From: Callorhinchus milii
Lineage: Eukaryota
NCBI RefSeq assembly: GCF_018977255.1
Contig: NW_024704761.1
Span: 1,860,001-1,924,000 of the forward strand
Length of the DNA stretch: 64,000 bases
Direction of reading: 5' to 3'
Each line of letters begins with the position of its first letter. Within the stretch, counting starts at the first letter, position 1. The notes below the pieces were generated by a model. It worked only from the letters and a program-made list of their open reading frames with translations. It was not told where the DNA came from and ran no database searches. The translations under genes and the position numbers were made by a program. Below are positions 59,901 to 64,000 of this stretch, piece by piece.

Positions 59901-60588
59901 GGGCGCAAGATAAATGCAAGACATTGACGTTCGTCTCTTATTCCACTTCCTTATTATTAATATTAAATTAATAATAATAATAATCGTTGCAGTTGATACA
60001 GTGCCTTATCGCAACTGTCTGTCCACAAACAAGTTCAAACATTGATGAGGATCAGATGCAGTTTACTCACCTCGGAAACCTCTCTTTTGTTTTGAACTCT
60101 GAAACGCAAACACATAATCTTCCATAATCCTCTCGAAGAAATTATACAAGTTTTGCCCACAGCTCTGGTGAAGCCACGTTTGATCAAATTATACTAACAA
60201 TCGTTGCATTTGATATAGAGCCTTATCACGGCATTGAGAGCCGACTCAAAGCGCTTCACACGATATATTGTAAAGTGTAGTGACTGTGCATTTTGTAGGC
60301 GGAACGCGGCAGCCAATTACGTACAGCAATGGCCCTCAACCAGCTGCGGATTGATTGGCCGAATTTTTAAAATGATATTATTTATAATTTAAGAGGAACT
60401 CGATAGATATCTAAAGAGGAAGGAGTTGCAGGGGTGGGGGCGGCGGGTGGAGTGGGGGGGGTGGGGTGGCGGTGGTGGTGGGGGGAGGGGGAGAGGCAGC
60501 TCTTTTAAACCACTGCACAGACACGATGGGACGAATGGCGGTCGACGTTGTTTCAGCGGTGACAAGAAGCCCGGCCTCCACTTACCAT
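47935..60588 (-). CDS. FBF1: Fas-binding factor 1 (centriole distal appendage / ciliary transition-fibre coiled-coil protein), multi-exon
   Basis: ATG at 60588-60586 immediately before a GTAAGT donor. Exons include 60098-60071 (SSKQKRGFR), 59679-59638 (SIDDVLGDLLG), 59384-59297, 58989-58929, 58612-58562 (SEADPQALL), about 58254-58133 (DIEDMDADLF), about 56284-56149 (ARSKLDELLGRG), about 55360-55261 (FTFGSYQPT...GRQSRRQSVR), coiled-coil exons at 53.9-49.2 kb, and last exon 48018-47935 (DQDFLEDEQLFLATLKQAPYN...*). Adjacent to MRPL38 as in mammals. Not every internal boundary was checked. Confidence 0.9.
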
Positions 60589-61335
60589 CTTACGTTTCTT
60601 TCGCGGCAATTCCGTCACCAGCAGCTTAGACCCAGACCGGTCGGTGTGTGTGTGACCGAAATCAGCCGCACCGGCGGGCACCCGGCTGGCAGGACCCAAG
60701 GCTTGTCGGCGGGGGGTGGGGGGAGCCCAGAGCGTGCGTTGAAGAGGGGGTTAACCGCTGGAGACTAACCAGCTAAAGCCGCACATAGCTCGGCCATTGC
60801 CGGCGTTGTCTGGGAAGCTTTCCCGCTGCTTGTCCAGCCAGGACCACCCGACCCGACCCGACCCGACCCGTCAGGTGGTGAGTTAGTCAGTCACTTAGGG
60901 CTTCGGTGTGTGGGGTCAACAGGAGCTGAGGGGGAGGACCCCCGGCCGATGACGGGCCGGACTGGGACCAGCGGTGATCCTGCGGCCCCTCCTGGCTCAG
61001 GACCGGACTACAGGGCCGTCAGAGGCCGGACTCCACTCCCACTCCCCCACTCCCTCCCTCCCTCTCTATCTCATTCTCTCACCCTCTCTCTGTCCATCAC
61101 TCACACAGACAAACACCCACTCTCTCTCTGTGTGTGTCTGTCACACTCACTCTCTCTCTCCCTCACACTCTTCCACACTCTCTCTCTCACACACACTCTC
61201 TCTGTATCTCTCTGGTGTGTCTGTCACACTCACTCTCTCTCTCACACACACACACTCTCTCTATCTCCCTTTCTCTCCCTTCCACACTCACTCTCTCCTC
61301 TCTCTCTGTGTCACTGACTCGGGGGCAACACTAAC

Positions 61336-61411
61336 GCTTCCGGGTTCCAGTCTGACTCAGTGCGCAGGCGCCGGGGCGGTTACCATGGGGACGCTGTGAT
61401 GCCGGAAGTGA
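61336..61411 (-). promoter_or_regulatory. Probable FBF1 core promoter: RFX X-box, NRF1, ETS and GC-box motifs
   Basis: GTTACCATGGGGAC 61379-61392 (reverse GTCCCCATGGTAAC, X-box); TGCGCAGGCGC 61361-61371; CCGGAAGTG 61402-61410; CTTCCGG near 61337; GGGGCGG 61373-61379. A minus-strand donor-like GTTAGT starts at 61335. Confidence 0.65.
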
Positions 61412-61559
61412 CAGTGAGTGTGGGAGACAATCAGCCCCTCCCCCCCCCCCACACCCCTCCCCCCCACCCCGGGCACAGCACAGGAGGAGGCCATTCAGCC
61501 CATCGTGTCTGTGCCGGCTCTGCGGAAAGAGCTTCCAAGTCAACCCCACCCCCCCCCGC

Positions 61560-61985
61560 CCCCCCCACCCCCACCCCCCCCCCCCCGCGCTCTCCCCCCT
61601 CATAGCCCCGGTCAATCCCACTCCCCCCCCCCCACACCCCCCCCCCCGCGCTCTCCCCCCCATAGCCCCGGTCAACCCCACTCCCCCCCCCCCCCCCCCC
61701 CCCCGCGCTCTCCCCCCCATAGCCCCGGTCAACCCCACTCCTCCCCCTCCGCGCTCTCTCCCCCATAGCCCCGGTCAACCCCACTCCCCCCCTCCGCACT
61801 CTCCCCCCCATAGCCCCGGTCAACCCCACTCCCCGCCCCCCCGCTCTCTCTCCCCATAGCCCCGGTCAACCCCACTCGACCCTCCCCGCGCTCTCCCCCC
61901 CCATAGTCCCGATGAACCCCACTCCCCCGCGCTCTCCCCATAGCCCTGATCAACCCAACTCCCCTCCCGCTCTCTCCCCAGATCC
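61560..61985. repeat. About 42-50-bp C-rich minisatellite
   Basis: About 8-9 copies of CTCTCCCCCCCATAGCCCCGGTCAACCCCACTCCCC...CGCG with variable C runs. Confidence 0.9.
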
Positions 61986-62074
61986 CTGCAAACTTGTATC
62001 CTCCTCTAATAATTATCTGCTTACAAGGGGAAAGCACAGAGAACGGGTTACACACCTTTGCAAAAGCAACATCT

Positions 62075-62157
62075 TTTATTTAACAAATGAACCCACAACA
62101 GTTCACTGCTGTCCTGCCCCGACGTACAATATTGGCAAAGGCATTGGACCTTTTATT
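62075..62157 (-). terminator. Two putative polyadenylation signals of PIK3CG
   Basis: TTTATT at 62152-62157 and 62075-62080. Confidence 0.5.
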
Positions 62158-62231
62158 GAACGTCACCTGAGCAAATCTAAGTCTGGCCTGACTGAGCAAA
62201 CTGAAGTGGGATTTGATGGATTTTGGGGAGA

Positions 62232-62440
62232 TAATAGTAATATTCCTTGCATTTGATGTAGCATCTTATCACGGAAAAGCGATCCGCCAATCGACTCACA
62301 GCCAGGTTCCTAGTTACTGCTCGGTAATCAGAGGCGTGTGTGTGGAGTAAGGAAACTTGCCCAACGTTTCGCCCTGGAATCAGAACCCAGGTCCTCTCGC
62401 TTGCGAGGAGGGTGCTCAAACCGCTGGGCTACAGGACTCC
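62232..62440 (-). mobile_element. SINE in the PIK3CG 3' UTR
   Basis: Same family head and tail on the minus strand, between the stop codon and the polyA signals. Confidence 0.75.
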
Positions 62441-62536
62441 ACAGGAGATGTCAGGTCTGCTCAAAGGTCTGCCGAGCTTTCCCACCCTTCATCCCCCACC
62501 TACCCCACTCCGCCCCCTCATCCCCAGTTGCAGGAG

Positions 62537-63985
<1,449 letters not shown>

Positions 63986-64000
63986 TTAACCTTAAACCAG

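Overview
Vertebrate genomic DNA. The SINE/LINE repertoire (tRNA-headed SINEs with (TAT)n tails, Deu-domain SINEs, L2 and CR1 tails) suggests a cartilaginous fish, probably a chimaera; this is an inference. I found no gene in 1-16.8 kb. Two complete 15-exon TRPV5/6 (ECaC)-subfamily channel genes then lie tail-to-tail: TRPV-A (+, 16881-26413, 643 aa) and TRPV-B (-, 36780-28139, 701 aa). They are followed on the minus strand by a TRIM65-like RING/B-box/coiled-coil/PRY-SPRY gene, MRPL38, FBF1 and the last three exons of a PIK3CG(-like) gene. The main discovery candidate is the TRPV pair. Both genes have intact frames and GT-AG introns, but their pore and gate residues are rebuilt (human TRPV6 725-aa numbering, aligned by eye from my recollection of that sequence). 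Both carry W583R, lose N572, carry R492P and lack a recognisable calmodulin-binding tail. TRPV-A also has D542N in the Ca2+ selectivity filter and a co-varying D489I/T581L pair. Exon 5 is 96/99 nt identical between the two otherwise diverged genes, which suggests gene conversion. Other points: an apparent 1-nt frameshift in MRPL38 exon 2, an RFX X-box at the FBF1 promoter, and several minisatellites derived from transposon fragments. All coordinates were read by hand and no database search was possible.
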